Shown: positions 43,157-54,647, counted from the first letter of the stretch. The stretch is 64,000 nucleotides of DNA from an uncultured Pseudobdellovibrionaceae bacterium (GCA_963803705.1 CAWDNU010000001.1:96001-160000), one strand, 5' to 3'. Made by a program: numbers and translations. Notes: generated by a model not told the origin, from the letters alone.

Positions 43157-43744
43157 TTAGCAGCCGTTATCTGAAAAAACCCCGACTGTACCTATGTCAA
43201 AACCATAGGTTGCAGCCTGATTAAATTTTCCATTTAAATTTAAAATTGCCTGTGCCCGTTCTTCTATAAATCTGAAACATTCTGTAGAGGTAGGCTCTCT
43301 ATATAAAAACGAGCCCATGGTTGCGGTAAAACCTTGACCCGCAAGCTGTGAACCAGTTCGCCCTAAAAACGGCACATTAAAATCTAGAACCTTTGATTCA
43401 AAACCCACTCTGACTCCAACATACTTCTGTCTCCACGGAAATTGAGTAGCGAACTCGTTAAATTCTCTAGCTTCAAAATTTGAAATGACGAAAGCGTTCT
43501 TAAAAAAAGTAGCTGCCGCTGAATTTTGAGTTAGCTCGGTGTATTTTTTTTCAGCCAGGGCTTCTTGGCTTTGGACATCGATGTGACCTGCAAAAAAAAG
43601 ACGCGCGGACGCAAAGGTAATGTATTGAGTTAAGTGGGCGACCATAAAAGTGTACGTAATTGCATAAAACAATTGGAATAAACCAATCACCATTGTGAAT
43701 GAAAAGATAAAGTCTATTGTTAAAATTCCTTTTTGCTTTTTCAC
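43157..43744 (-). CDS. TadE-like pseudopilin
   Basis: MKKQKG/ILTIDF class III-like signal, ASAR motif, C-terminal DNGC. Confidence 0.72.
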   Translation of the reverse strand: MKKQKGILTIDFIFSFTMVIGLFQLFYAITYTFMVAHLTQYITFASARLFFAGHIDVQSQEALAEKKYTELTQNSAAATFFKNAFVISNFEAREFNEFATQFPWRQKYVGVRVGFESKVLDFNVPFLGRTGSQLAGQGFTATMGSFLYREPTSTECFRFIEERAQAILNLNGKFNQAATYGFDIGTVGVFSDNGC

Positions 43745-43747
43745 AGT

Positions 43748-44005
43748 CTAGTCACCAATCCTGGTCATTGTGTTAACGTGAGGATGAAGGTTCTCGTCCA
43801 TAGCAGCTTGCGAATCCTTCCAGTTTCCAGTCGACATCATCCCAGAGATTTGACGCCAAGGTTCAGATATAATACGTCCCATAAGGTTTCTATCTTTAAT
43901 TTGTCTACTGGCAAAAATAGATAGCGATAGCAGTAGAACAAGAATTAAAACACCCTCAATGGCTATTTGGCCATTCTGGTTTTTATTAGAATATCTAGCC
44001 GTCAT
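43748..44005 (-). CDS. Small pilin/pseudopilin-like protein
   Basis: NQNG/QIAIE class III signal from ATG 44005. Confidence 0.72.
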   Translation of the reverse strand: MTARYSNKNQNGQIAIEGVLILVLLLSLSIFASRQIKDRNLMGRIISEPWRQISGMMSTGNWKDSQAAMDENLHPHVNTMTRIGD

Positions 44006-44073
44006 TATTCGGGTCTTTAAAAAATAAATTTTAGCAATAACTTTTACAAAAAAATTTGTTATCATTTTAAGGT

Positions 44074-44568
44074 TTACCATGACAGGGTTCCCAGAGTGAA
44101 CAAGGAAAACCAACCTAGCAGAATTCCAAATGTGAATGGTATCTTATTGTTGGGGACTGCAAATCTTTTATAAACACCAAACGTGTTATACAATACTTTA
44201 AATATTTGGCCGCTTATTAGGTAAAAAATTAAAGCATAGGCCCCGGCCCAAATGATAGAAAAAATCAAAAAATTATAGATATCAGAAGGAGCTAAAAAAA
44301 GGGATGCTATGCAAAGCGCTTTGATATCTCCACCGCCTAAAACATTAAGCTTGAAAAGTAAAAATCCTACTGCAAACATAACTAAGAAGGACTGCAAAGA
44401 TACGAATAGGGTGGAAAAAGGTAGTAATAAAATGATAGTAAAAAAGGAAATAACTAGAGAGATTAAAATAAATCTATTGGGAATTTTTGAAGAGTAAAAA
44501 TCAAAAAAAGAACATACTACTAAAAAAAAACTTATCCACAAATATGGTACAGAATTAAGATAGAACAT
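44074..44568 (-). CDS. tadV: Prepilin peptidase TadV/CpaA (A24)
   Basis: D...KIPN, LGGGDIK, IPF; highly hydrophobic. Confidence 0.88.
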   Translation of the reverse strand: MFYLNSVPYLWISFFLVVCSFFDFYSSKIPNRFILISLVISFFTIILLLPFSTLFVSLQSFLVMFAVGFLLFKLNVLGGGDIKALCIASLFLAPSDIYNFLIFSIIWAGAYALIFYLISGQIFKVLYNTFGVYKRFAVPNNKIPFTFGILLGWFSLFTLGTLSW

Positions 44569-44574
44569 AGTAAC

Positions 44575-44601
44575 TTATCGGAAAAAAAAGTAAAAACTGA
44601 A
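44575..44601 (-). promoter_or_regulatory. Putative sigma28 promoter upstream of tadV
   Basis: TTCAGTTT-N11-TCCGATAA on the minus strand. Confidence 0.55.
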
Positions 44602-44618
44602 TCAAAATGATAAAAAAT

Positions 44619-44825
44619 TTACTGCCAGGTTGTAGGACTAGTGCAGGGACCTGCTCCCCCGCTAGCTGTAGAAAAGCAACGCCCTGTGGTCATTTCAACT
44701 TCTACACGAGCGCCAAGACTTGGACCCGCATTTTTAAAAGCCCCAATTGGTCCAGAATCGCCTATCATAGATCTTATTAAAACAAGACCAATGAAAGCAA
44801 TAAGGACTGTTAGTTCGAGGCTCAT
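44619..44825 (-). CDS. Second Flp-like small pilin protein
   Basis: Hydrophobic N-terminus with early Glu; lies between flp and tadV; no clear leader. Confidence 0.55.
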   Translation of the reverse strand: MSLELTVLIAFIGLVLIRSMIGDSGPIGAFKNAGPSLGARVEVEMTTGRCFSTASGGAGPCTSPTTWQ

Positions 44826-44843
44826 ATTTTAGACCTAAATCAG

Positions 44844-45035
44844 TTACTCTGTAACTTGAAATTTGCTTACTCCAGAATCAACGTTACCTAACCCTGTCTC
44901 TAAAGTTCCTTTAAGACGTGTTCTGATCATCATCACAAAACCGATCACTGCTACGAGTATTAAAATATATTCAACCATGCCCTGGGCAGATTCATCATTC
45001 CACAACGCTACTAAATCTCTTTTTATGTCCTTCAT
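44844..45035 (-). CDS. flp: Flp pilin
   Basis: NDESAQGMVEYILIL Flp motif; GGAGG RBS. Confidence 0.92.
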   Translation of the reverse strand: MKDIKRDLVALWNDESAQGMVEYILILVAVIGFVMMIRTRLKGTLETGLGNVDSGVSKFQVTE

Positions 45036-45064
45036 TCTAATTCCTCCAAATTTTTATAATTAAC

Positions 45065-45091
45065 TTATCGGAATGAGATTTAAATTCTTAA
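45065..45091 (-). promoter_or_regulatory. Putative sigma28 promoter upstream of flp
   Basis: TTAA-N15-TCCGATAA; shares the 13-mer TTCCGATAAGTTA with the tadV promoter. Confidence 0.6.
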
Positions 45092-45234
45092 GTTAACAAA
45101 TAAAAAATTTATTGTTCTCTATTGGTTTAATTGTTTCAATATGGTTTTTAGACTTTGCTTAATAAGAAAAGTGGAATTTGCAGGTCATCTATTACTTTTT
45201 TTAGTGTCCCAATTTGATACATAGGCTACTAAGC

Positions 45235-46530
45235 CTACCTATTCTGGATTTCAGACTTTGAATTTTGCTTGCTATCAGAACTAGATTTGTACTTCTCGCC
45301 TTTTAGCTTAGACTGCTCGTAGTTAAACCGTTTATCTTCAAGTGTTTGGCCATCCAGATCTCTAGCATTTGCTGGTAACCTGATGCCCTCGCTGAAGTGG
45401 CTTGGTCTTACTCTATTTTCCTGGGCGATTACGACAGGCGTAGAACGGCAAACATTTAATTCTTTTTGAAATTTAAAGGACATATTTTCCATTCCGTTAA
45501 TTTCTAGTCGTCTAAGTCTAGATTCAAAGAATCTTAACAGTTTTTTTCTATCTTCATTAACTAAAGGGCACGATTGAGCAAAATACTGTAGGGCCAAATC
45601 GTATTTTTCATTTTCATAAAGTGCCGTAGCCAGATTTATCCGGCTGGATTCTAATTTTGAATCTTTATTTTTGATCAAAGCCCTTTCTGCATTTATAAAA
45701 TCTTTATTTTCAATGTGAATAGAACCTATCAAATCTATTACTCTTTCGCTATTTGAAAATCTTTGATAGATCTTAAAAACTTCAGCCTGATACTTTTCTT
45801 TTTCTCCGGAGTCTCTTATAGCCAGAGCCATATTTATTAATGGTTTTGGATCTAACGGCGATAAAGTAGCTGCCTGGCTACAGGCCCTTTGCGTCTGAGC
45901 AACGAGGCCAAATTTACTAGTCCATTCACATAAATCCAAAACAATAGATGGCTTTTCACCGAACTGATCTAGCATAGTCTTGGTCAATGCTAGGCCCTCT
46001 GAAACATTTTCTTGATCTTTATAAACTGCGGAAAGGCTTTCATAAGGAGCTATACTTTTTGGATTTAACCTGATGGCAGATCTATAAAAGTTAATTGTGT
46101 CTGTTAAAGCCTGTTGATAGGTTTTGTATTCTTTGCCAGATATTATCGATTCGTAAGCTTTGGCTTTACTAGCATTAGCTATTTCTAGATGTATTTTATA
46201 GTAGTTTGGTTTCTTAATATTTAAATGCTTTAAAATTTTAATCTGACGATCGTAATTGTTAAGCTGTTTATAGGCCTCACCTAGTAAAACCAGTTCGTTA
46301 TAATCCAAGGTGAGATAGCGTGTTCCAAAGTTTTCAACTATACCCTTAAAATCTTTAGTCTTATACATTCCATACATTGAACTTTGTGCCGAGAAGCAAA
46401 ATAGAAAAAGCAATAGTCCCAGACCTGCTTTTAGTTTAGAGCTTTTAGCTGCAAACCGATAGCACTCTAAGATGAGACCACTAAAAGTCAGTATAAGATT
46501 TAACCGTTTTTTTAATTGTGTTAAATACAC
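45235..46530 (-). CDS. Exported TPR-repeat protein (possible TadD-like role)
   Basis: TPR-like helical repeats; AAGGAG RBS; adjacent to flp. Confidence 0.7.
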   Translation of the reverse strand: MYLTQLKKRLNLILTFSGLILECYRFAAKSSKLKAGLGLLLFLFCFSAQSSMYGMYKTKDFKGIVENFGTRYLTLDYNELVLLGEAYKQLNNYDRQIKILKHLNIKKPNYYKIHLEIANASKAKAYESIISGKEYKTYQQALTDTINFYRSAIRLNPKSIAPYESLSAVYKDQENVSEGLALTKTMLDQFGEKPSIVLDLCEWTSKFGLVAQTQRACSQAATLSPLDPKPLINMALAIRDSGEKEKYQAEVFKIYQRFSNSERVIDLIGSIHIENKDFINAERALIKNKDSKLESSRINLATALYENEKYDLALQYFAQSCPLVNEDRKKLLRFFESRLRRLEINGMENMSFKFQKELNVCRSTPVVIAQENRVRPSHFSEGIRLPANARDLDGQTLEDKRFNYEQSKLKGEKYKSSSDSKQNSKSEIQNR

Positions 46531-46563
46531 ACTCGGATCTCCTTTAAGACGTAGTCGTAAGTG

Positions 46564-46590
46564 TTATCGGCCTGTATTTAGAAAATCTTC
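46564..46590 (-). promoter_or_regulatory. Putative sigma28 promoter upstream of the TPR gene
   Basis: GAAG-N15-GCCGATAA. Confidence 0.5.
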
Positions 46591-46633
46591 ATTCATAAAT
46601 TTTCGAACATCTTTGCCTATGTGCCGAAATAGT

Positions 46634-47476
46634 ATGCGCGGCCAGGCCATGGTCGAGTACATTCTGATGCTCGTTGTTACCTTAACCTTAGTGATTGGGG
46701 TTGCGACTAAACTTGTTCCGCAACTGAAAAAATTCATGGAAAATTACGCAGGGGCCTATGTTGTGTGCTTATTAGAAACTGGTGAACTTCCCCCGCCTTT
46801 AACCACGCGTACAAATCCACAGTGTACTATAGAAAATATGGAGGCCTCAGGTAGGCTTAACGCGTCTGGCGGCGGTTCGGGATCTGGTGGCTCGTCAAGT
46901 GGTAGCTCTGACAGCAGCAGGAACGACAATAGCAATTCCACCAACACAAATGCGGGCAACCAAAGCCGGGGGAGGCCTTCAAGAAATGCCCCTCGTCAGC
47001 AGACGGGCGCTAACACTGGTACTGACGGTAATGCCACAGGTTCTGGAGCTGCAAATTCCGCATCGAAATCCGGTGATAAACTAGCATCTGCTGCTAATAG
47101 TGCTTCAAATAGAACAAACGGTGCGCCAAACAATGATGGAGGGGTGCCATACTCTGTCCAACAAGACAGGGGCAGTGCTATAAGTGGCTATGTAAAAGCA
47201 CCTAGAACAGGCAATCTTAAAGATAAAAACTTAAAACCAACAACCAAATTAAAAAAAGATAGTAAAATAGGTGGTGAAAATCTGCGTAAAGGTTCTTTTT
47301 CTGCGCCTATCAGCAAAGACAAAAAACGAGATATCAGTAACATGGACGACATTGAGCTTGGATTTCAATTTGGTAAATATTTAAGATTTTTTATTATTGG
47401 TGGTTTGCTACTTGCGCTTATTTTAATGGTAGGAACTCAGATCAACTCACTTAGAAAAAGTTGGGGCGCAAATTAA
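46634..47476 (+). CDS. Pilin-like protein with class III signal, Ser/Gly/Asn-rich linker and C-terminal TM
   Basis: MRG/QAMVEYILML; Cys pair; low-complexity middle; FFIIGGLLLALILMVG. Confidence 0.75.
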   Translation: MRGQAMVEYILMLVVTLTLVIGVATKLVPQLKKFMENYAGAYVVCLLETGELPPPLTTRTNPQCTIENMEASGRLNASGGGSGSGGSSSGSSDSSRNDNSNSTNTNAGNQSRGRPSRNAPRQQTGANTGTDGNATGSGAANSASKSGDKLASAANSASNRTNGAPNNDGGVPYSVQQDRGSAISGYVKAPRTGNLKDKNLKPTTKLKKDSKIGGENLRKGSFSAPISKDKKRDISNMDDIELGFQFGKYLRFFIIGGLLLALILMVGTQINSLRKSWGAN

Positions 47477-47570
47477 AGAAGCAAATTTTGCACAGTACAT
47501 AGCCGATAATCTGTTTCGTAGTTACTATGTCGATGTTGTTCATAGTAAAATTTTGAGCTAAAACAGCTTT

Positions 47571-49271
47571 ATGAAAATATGCACGGTACAATTTAATCCA
47601 ACCTTGGGTGACTTTAAAAACAACAAAACTCGTATTATTCAGCAGCTAAAGCTAGCAGTTAAAGGTGGTGCTGACCTAGTAGTATTTCCAGAGTGCACTT
47701 TGTTCGGTTACTATCCGGCTGACTTACTTGAAAGACCAAGCATTGTGGATGAGCAACTTAAAGTATTTAATTCGTTGGTAAAGGGTGCACCTAAAAATGT
47801 AAGTTTTTTGATAGGATTTATTGCAAAAAATCCAAGAACTAGAGGCAAAAGGTTTCTAAATTCTGTGGCCTTAATACAAAATAATAAAGTCAAAAAGGTG
47901 TTTTCTAAAACCTTACTTCCGACTTACGATATTTTTGATGAGGTAAGACATTTTTCAGTGGGTGATTTGTCAAAAAATTATTTTAAATTAAAAGGCCTAA
48001 GTATTTTGGTCAGTATTTGCGAAGACATCTGGGCCTGGAACAAAAACGGTAAAAGTGGCTATCATACAAATCCTTTTTTAAAGTTAACCAAAAAAATAGA
48101 TTTGCATATCAATTTGAGTGCATCACCTTTTACAATTTCAAAGCATCAACAAAGACAATACATTTTTAAGCATGTAACTAAGTCCACTAACTCGCCAATG
48201 ATATATGTCAACCAAGTTGGCGCACAGGATGAAACTATTTTCGATGGAACAACTTCGATTGTAAACAAAACAGGTAAAGTTATTTATAGTTTAAAATCAT
48301 GGAAAGAGGATTCGGCTATATTTAATTTTAAAGACCTTTTATCTACGAAAGAACTTATACTTTCCACAACAAAGTTCAAGCACCAAATAGCACATCAACC
48401 TACTGGAAAACCTATAGAAGTAGGTTCCAAGAAAAAGAAGGCTTTAGATTTTATTGAAAGCCAAAGTATTTATTCTGCGTTGGTGTTAGGTTTAGAAGAT
48501 TTTTTTAAAAAAACTGGATTTAAGAAAGCCCACTTAGGATTAAGCGGGGGGGTTGATTCAGCACTGGTATATGCGCTAGCTTGTGAAGCATTGGGAAGCA
48601 AAAATGTTTCAGCGATAGCACTTCCAACTAAATTTAATGAAAGCTTAAGTTTAGATCTTGCAAAAAAGTTAACTGCCAATTTTGAATCTGAATTGATTAG
48701 TTTTCCTATTCAAAATCTTTATTCAGAATTCAAAATTAACGTCGATAAAATTTTTAATATTAAAAAGTTTGGACTTGTTCACGAAAATCTACAAGCTCGT
48801 ATACGCGCAGATATTTTGATGGCTTACGCTAACCACAACGATTCTATGTTACTGGCAACAAGCAACAAAACTGAAATGGCCGTTGGATATTCGACGTTAT
48901 ACGGAGATATGTGTGGTGGACTTGCACCTATTGGCGATCTTACCAAAACTCAAGTCTATCAAGTCTGTAGATATGTCAACCGTAAAAATGAAGTTATCCC
49001 TCTACAGATCTTAACAAGAGCGCCTTCAGCTGAGCTACGAGATAATCAAACAGACCAAGACTCATTGCCTGCTTACAAGGATTTAGATAAATCAGTCATA
49101 AAATTAGTAGAAAACACCGAGAAAGCCCTTAGTAAAATCGATAAATGGACTTTAAATGCGCTAATGAAAAGCGAGTTTAAAAGGTGGCAAGCTCCACCTG
49201 TCCTGAAAATAACTGACCACGCTTTTGGCCGCGGAAGAAGGTTCCCTATTGCCCATAAGGCTTACTTTTAG
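47571..49271 (+). CDS. nadE: Glutamine-dependent NAD+ synthetase
   Basis: Nitrilase domain (FPE, ICEDIW) plus GLSGGVDS, ENLQARIR, TLYGDM, PSAEL. Confidence 0.96.
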   Translation: MKICTVQFNPTLGDFKNNKTRIIQQLKLAVKGGADLVVFPECTLFGYYPADLLERPSIVDEQLKVFNSLVKGAPKNVSFLIGFIAKNPRTRGKRFLNSVALIQNNKVKKVFSKTLLPTYDIFDEVRHFSVGDLSKNYFKLKGLSILVSICEDIWAWNKNGKSGYHTNPFLKLTKKIDLHINLSASPFTISKHQQRQYIFKHVTKSTNSPMIYVNQVGAQDETIFDGTTSIVNKTGKVIYSLKSWKEDSAIFNFKDLLSTKELILSTTKFKHQIAHQPTGKPIEVGSKKKKALDFIESQSIYSALVLGLEDFFKKTGFKKAHLGLSGGVDSALVYALACEALGSKNVSAIALPTKFNESLSLDLAKKLTANFESELISFPIQNLYSEFKINVDKIFNIKKFGLVHENLQARIRADILMAYANHNDSMLLATSNKTEMAVGYSTLYGDMCGGLAPIGDLTKTQVYQVCRYVNRKNEVIPLQILTRAPSAELRDNQTDQDSLPAYKDLDKSVIKLVENTEKALSKIDKWTLNALMKSEFKRWQAPPVLKITDHAFGRGRRFPIAHKAYF

Positions 49272-49358
49272 CATAGGCGGCATCTGATACCTGTATCCAC
49301 GTTAGGCTCCGACTAGAGTACAACCTAGCCTCAATTGTATCAGTTCGATACAAAACCG

Positions 49359-49419
49359 AAAGGTGCCAGGTTCTTTATGCTTGCCGCAGGGCAACCAGCG
49401 TTGGGAACCTGGCACCTTT
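49359..49419. repeat. REP-like palindrome, copy 2
   Basis: AAAGGTGCCAGGTTC ... GAACCTGGCACCTTT (15-bp stem); loop GCAACCAGC shared with copy 1. Confidence 0.88.
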
Positions 49420-49669
49420 TCACAGTTCTAAGAGGGATGTCTCACTTCTTTTATCTCAAATATAGTCAACTAGACCCGACGATGTCATGAAGGTGTAGAC
49501 TTTTCCTTTTTGCGGGCACCGCTTGCAGTGTTGATATTGTTTACAGTCAAATAACTTTCTAGCAGTCTTTAGCTAATTAAAGCTTATACATTTGTCCTCA
49601 GCCTCCGAAAAGATGGCATATCTCTCGCAACAGTTAGTCATAATAGTTAAATGTAAAAAAGGGGAAACT

Positions 49670-49876
49670 ATGAAAACGCTAATTATTTTATCTCTAAGTT
49701 TTGTAACTTTAAATGTAATGGCTAACAGCAATAACTTTGACTGTTCTGCACAAGCAAAAAACTCAAGAGAAAGAGTCGAGTGCACATCAAGTGTACTAAA
49801 AGACCAAACAAAGCTTGCTTTAAATTGTAAGGAACAAGTTAAGCAAAAGCACAAAAAAGACGGCATAACTTATTAA
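49670..49876 (+). CDS. Small secreted Cys-containing protein (68 aa)
   Basis: AGGGG RBS; MKTLIILSLSFVTLNVMA signal; 3 Cys. Confidence 0.6.
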   Translation: MKTLIILSLSFVTLNVMANSNNFDCSAQAKNSRERVECTSSVLKDQTKLALNCKEQVKQKHKKDGITY

Positions 49877-50024
49877 TAGGTAAGATATAATCTTGTTAAT
49901 TCTACTAAATTTGAGTTGCCATTATTATTTCGCGGTATTTAAACCGCATCGAAATAATATGAAGTTCATCTGTAAAAAAGCGCACTAACACTGCATAACA
50001 TAAATCTTTACGACTCAAATCAAT

Positions 50025-50504
50025 TTATTGGATGGGCTCTAAGGTTTTAGGGTCTATCCCTGCCTTTCTAAACTTTTCTTCGTATTCATTTCGTAATTCT
50101 TTTTCTATCTCTTTTTTCACCTGTTTTTTTACCGATGTCTGCGAGTTGCTGTTCAAATCTTTAATATCTAATTTAATCCCGCTTATAATTCTTTGAACCA
50201 TACCCGTGTCCATAAAGTCCTTTTTGACAGAAGCTTCTTTTCGTTTGTCGCTGGTAGGCTTAATACTTTCCTTGATATAAATTGTTCTACCATCTGGTGT
50301 AGTGAATTCCCGAATAAAATCAGAAGTAAGCTCTTTTCCACCTTTTGCTACATCTTGTATTCGCTTTGAAGCCGACAAACTTTTCATCCAATTGACGAAG
50401 TACACTTCTAGAGTTTTCGACTCTGAACCAATTCTTAGCTGCAAAATTGATACAATAACAAATGTCATTGCAAGGGATTTAATGGTGAACCAAGTTGGAC
50501 TCAT
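50025..50504 (-). CDS. Hypothetical membrane-anchored protein
   Basis: N-terminal TM; directly adjacent to the cheY-like gene. Confidence 0.65.
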   Translation of the reverse strand: MSPTWFTIKSLAMTFVIVSILQLRIGSESKTLEVYFVNWMKSLSASKRIQDVAKGGKELTSDFIREFTTPDGRTIYIKESIKPTSDKRKEASVKKDFMDTGMVQRIISGIKLDIKDLNSNSQTSVKKQVKKEIEKELRNEYEEKFRKAGIDPKTLEPIQ

Positions 50505-50873
50505 CTAAAACTCCATTTTTTTTAGATAATCTAGAATTTCAGATTTACTGAAAGGTTTTTTAAGAAAGCCACGGCAGCCGGCCTTTTCAGCCTGTTTCTT
50601 GATAATAGAATTATCCATAGTTGTAAAAGCTATTATTTTAATTTGCGGCTGAAGTTTTAAAATCTCTTCGGTGGCTTTTATCCCCGAAAGCTCAGGCATT
50701 ACAATGTCCATAAAAATGATATCAGGTTTAAGCTTTGATGCTTGCTCAATAGCCTCTAGACCGTTTTCGGCTTCTCCGATAAGATTGTATTGTTCTTGAC
50801 CACTAAGTATCTGTTTGACGATTTCTCTGATAAAGGGTGCATCATCGACCACCATAATTTTTAATGGATCCAT
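50505..50873 (-). CDS. cheY: Single-domain response regulator, CheY-like
   Basis: VVDD, MDIVMP, KPF. Confidence 0.8.
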   Translation of the reverse strand: MDPLKIMVVDDAPFIREIVKQILSGQEQYNLIGEAENGLEAIEQASKLKPDIIFMDIVMPELSGIKATEEILKLQPQIKIIAFTTMDNSIIKKQAEKAGCRGFLKKPFSKSEILDYLKKMEF

Positions 50874-51036
50874 ATTTACATTTTAAACCCTACAAAAGAT
50901 TTGCACAACTTAAGTGTTAAGCCAGTTAGGCTTACCTAAACGCAGTTCGGAATAAAATTCGACTATTTCTTTGCCGTCTAGCTCAGTCAAAGCTTTGATT
51001 GGTTCAAGCTTACCCACCCTCACCGCGGTAAGGCGT

Positions 51037-51068
51037 AAAAAAACCCCAGTTTTTAAAACTGGGGTTTT
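51037..51068 (-). terminator. Rho-independent terminator of groES-groEL
   Basis: AAAACCCCAGTTTT-T-AAAACTGGGGTTTT with a U-run on the minus strand. Confidence 0.88.
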
Positions 51069-51080
51069 CATTATTAACTT

Positions 51081-51140
51081 AGATTCCAAACCTAGATGCA
51101 TCGCAGCCAGCATTCGGAACCTGGCACCTGCTGGAACCTT
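51081..51140. repeat. REP-like palindrome, copy 3 (one arm degenerate)
   Basis: CCAGCATTCGGAACCTGGCACCT (51107-51129) is the exact reverse complement of 40117-40139. Confidence 0.85.
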
Positions 51141-51157
51141 ATGTGGATGATGGGCAA

Positions 51158-52820
<1,663 letters not shown>

Positions 52821-52847
52821 TTAAATGATCTCCTATAATAAAATTTT

Positions 52848-53144
52848 TTAATTAAATACGCCTAAAACGTCTTCTTCTCTCATCATTAAATAGTCATCAC
52901 CGTCTAACTTAAGTTCAGTGCCTGAATATTTTCCGAAAAGAATTGTGTCCCCAACTTTCAGGTCTAAAGGAACTTTTTTTCCATCTTCTAAAATGCGGCC
53001 CTTCCCTGCAGCTACCACTTGACCACGTTGTGGCTTTTCTTTAGCTGAGTCTGGAATGATAATTCCACCAGGTGTTGTCTGGTCTTCTTCCATTCTTTTA
53101 ACTAAAATACGATCGTTTAACGGACGTACACTTACTGTGTTCAT
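52848..53144 (-). CDS. groES: Co-chaperonin GroES
   Basis: [26 protein letters not shown]. Confidence 0.97.
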   Translation of the reverse strand: MNTVSVRPLNDRILVKRMEEDQTTPGGIIIPDSAKEKPQRGQVVAAGKGRILEDGKKVPLDLKVGDTILFGKYSGTELKLDGDDYLMMREEDVLGVFN

Positions 53145-53372
53145 AGAACCTCCTAAATTTATATTTGTTTATATAACTGGCCTCAATATGTAGCTGAATA
53201 TGGTTGGGTCAAGCGGCCATAAAAATAATATTCATTTTTTTAAAGATTTTCAGCAATTTTGATTAAAAAATAAGCAATTAGGAGACTGACTTAGCAAATC
53301 TTTTTCGATCATATATGATCCTGATACCTAGTTTAGATTTGAAAACTTTTGGCGATCAGTTCTCTTTAGCTG

Positions 53373-54647
53373 CTAAATATCCTTAAGCTGCATGTCAATC
53401 TTACTATTTTCTGTGCTTTGGTTTTTGTCGAGACTTATATCTTCTAAGGATTCTATTCGTCTAGCTTGTGTCAGCACCCTTGTTTGAAAAGAATTTTTTG
53501 CTGTTCTGAATGTCTCTAAGCTTTTTTCGAGCTGCTGCTCTACGGACATAAAGCCCTTTGCAAACGTCATAAGACGCTTTTGCAATTCCTTTGAGTAGTC
53601 GTATATTAATTTAGCATTTTCAGTAACTTTATATTCACCCCAACCCATGTGAATCGCGCGAAGCAAGGCAACTAATGAAGGTGGCGTGGTGATCAAAACT
53701 TTATTGGCCAACGCATATTCAATGATATCTTTTTGCGCCTCTATAGCAGCAAACAAAAAAGACTCGTTGGGCAGAAACATCACCACGTAATCTAAACTTT
53801 CGGCTCCGACGGCTTCGTTGTAAGCTTTTGAACCCAGTTCTCTGATATGTGTTTTTAGTCTTTTTGCGTGTTGGGCTAAATGATCTAATTTTAATTTGTC
53901 ATTGGTCTCGTCAATATATTTTAGATAAAACTCCATTGGTGTTTTTGCGTCAACAATGATGCGCTTTCCACTGGGTAATTTTACAACCATATCTGGCCTA
54001 AACACTTTTTCGTTTTCTTTGAACTCTTGCTGAAAATCAACATCACAAAAGTCAGACATACCTGCTAATTCTACGCAGTTCTTTAGCTGTAGCTCGCCCC
54101 AACGACCGCGGACATTTGGTTTAGACAGCGCATCTTTTAAAGACATTGTCTGCTGACCCAATAAGGTATTTGATTCAATAATATTTTTGATTTGGCTTTC
54201 AACTGAGCCAAGTGTTTTCTCTCTTTCCTTTTCAAATGAACCAAGTGTCGTTTGATAATTTTGAATCTGCTCAAAAAGAAACTTTAACTCTTGCCTAAAA
54301 ACATCATCACGTTTTTTTAATATTTCTCCTTGGGATGAAGACTCTCTTTTAAAATTATCGTCAGCCAACTGCAAAAGTTTTTTCGTCTTGTCCTCTAGTA
54401 CTTCAGCTGACTTTATTTTAAATAACTCTTCTAGCTCGCGGCTAAGGTCTTGGGCCAAAGTTTTTCTGGCTTCAAGCTCACCAGTTAAAAATTCATTTTT
54501 AAATTCAAGTTCACTAATTTTTTGATAACCTAGTTCAACTTTAATCTTTAGTTTTTTTGTCTGAACCGATCTTAAGTTCCACGTGATTATAATTCCAAGC
54601 ATAAACCCAGCGGACAGTAAAAATGCAGTTGTCTCTAAAAATGGCAT
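53373..54647 (-). CDS. rmuC: DNA recombination protein RmuC
   Basis: RGRWGE, RPDMVVKLP, VDAK, MFLPNE. Confidence 0.92.
   Translation of the reverse strand: MPFLETTAFLLSAGFMLGIIITWNLRSVQTKKLKIKVELGYQKISELEFKNEFLTGELEARKTLAQDLSRELEELFKIKSAEVLEDKTKKLLQLADDNFKRESSSQGEILKKRDDVFRQELKFLFEQIQNYQTTLGSFEKEREKTLGSVESQIKNIIESNTLLGQQTMSLKDALSKPNVRGRWGELQLKNCVELAGMSDFCDVDFQQEFKENEKVFRPDMVVKLPSGKRIIVDAKTPMEFYLKYIDETNDKLKLDHLAQHAKRLKTHIRELGSKAYNEAVGAESLDYVVMFLPNESFLFAAIEAQKDIIEYALANKVLITTPPSLVALLRAIHMGWGEYKVTENAKLIYDYSKELQKRLMTFAKGFMSVEQQLEKSLETFRTAKNSFQTRVLTQARRIESLEDISLDKNQSTENSKIDMQLKDI

Noticed and set aside
49512..49528. Sigma54 promoter (GGGCACCGCTTGCA)
   Set aside because: GG-to-GC spacing is 9 rather than the required 10 nt; valid only if a base is missing from the assembly.
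53145..53372. CIRCE element upstream of groES
   Set aside because: Only a partial TTAGCA; no TTAGCACTC-N9-GAGTGCTAA inverted repeat.
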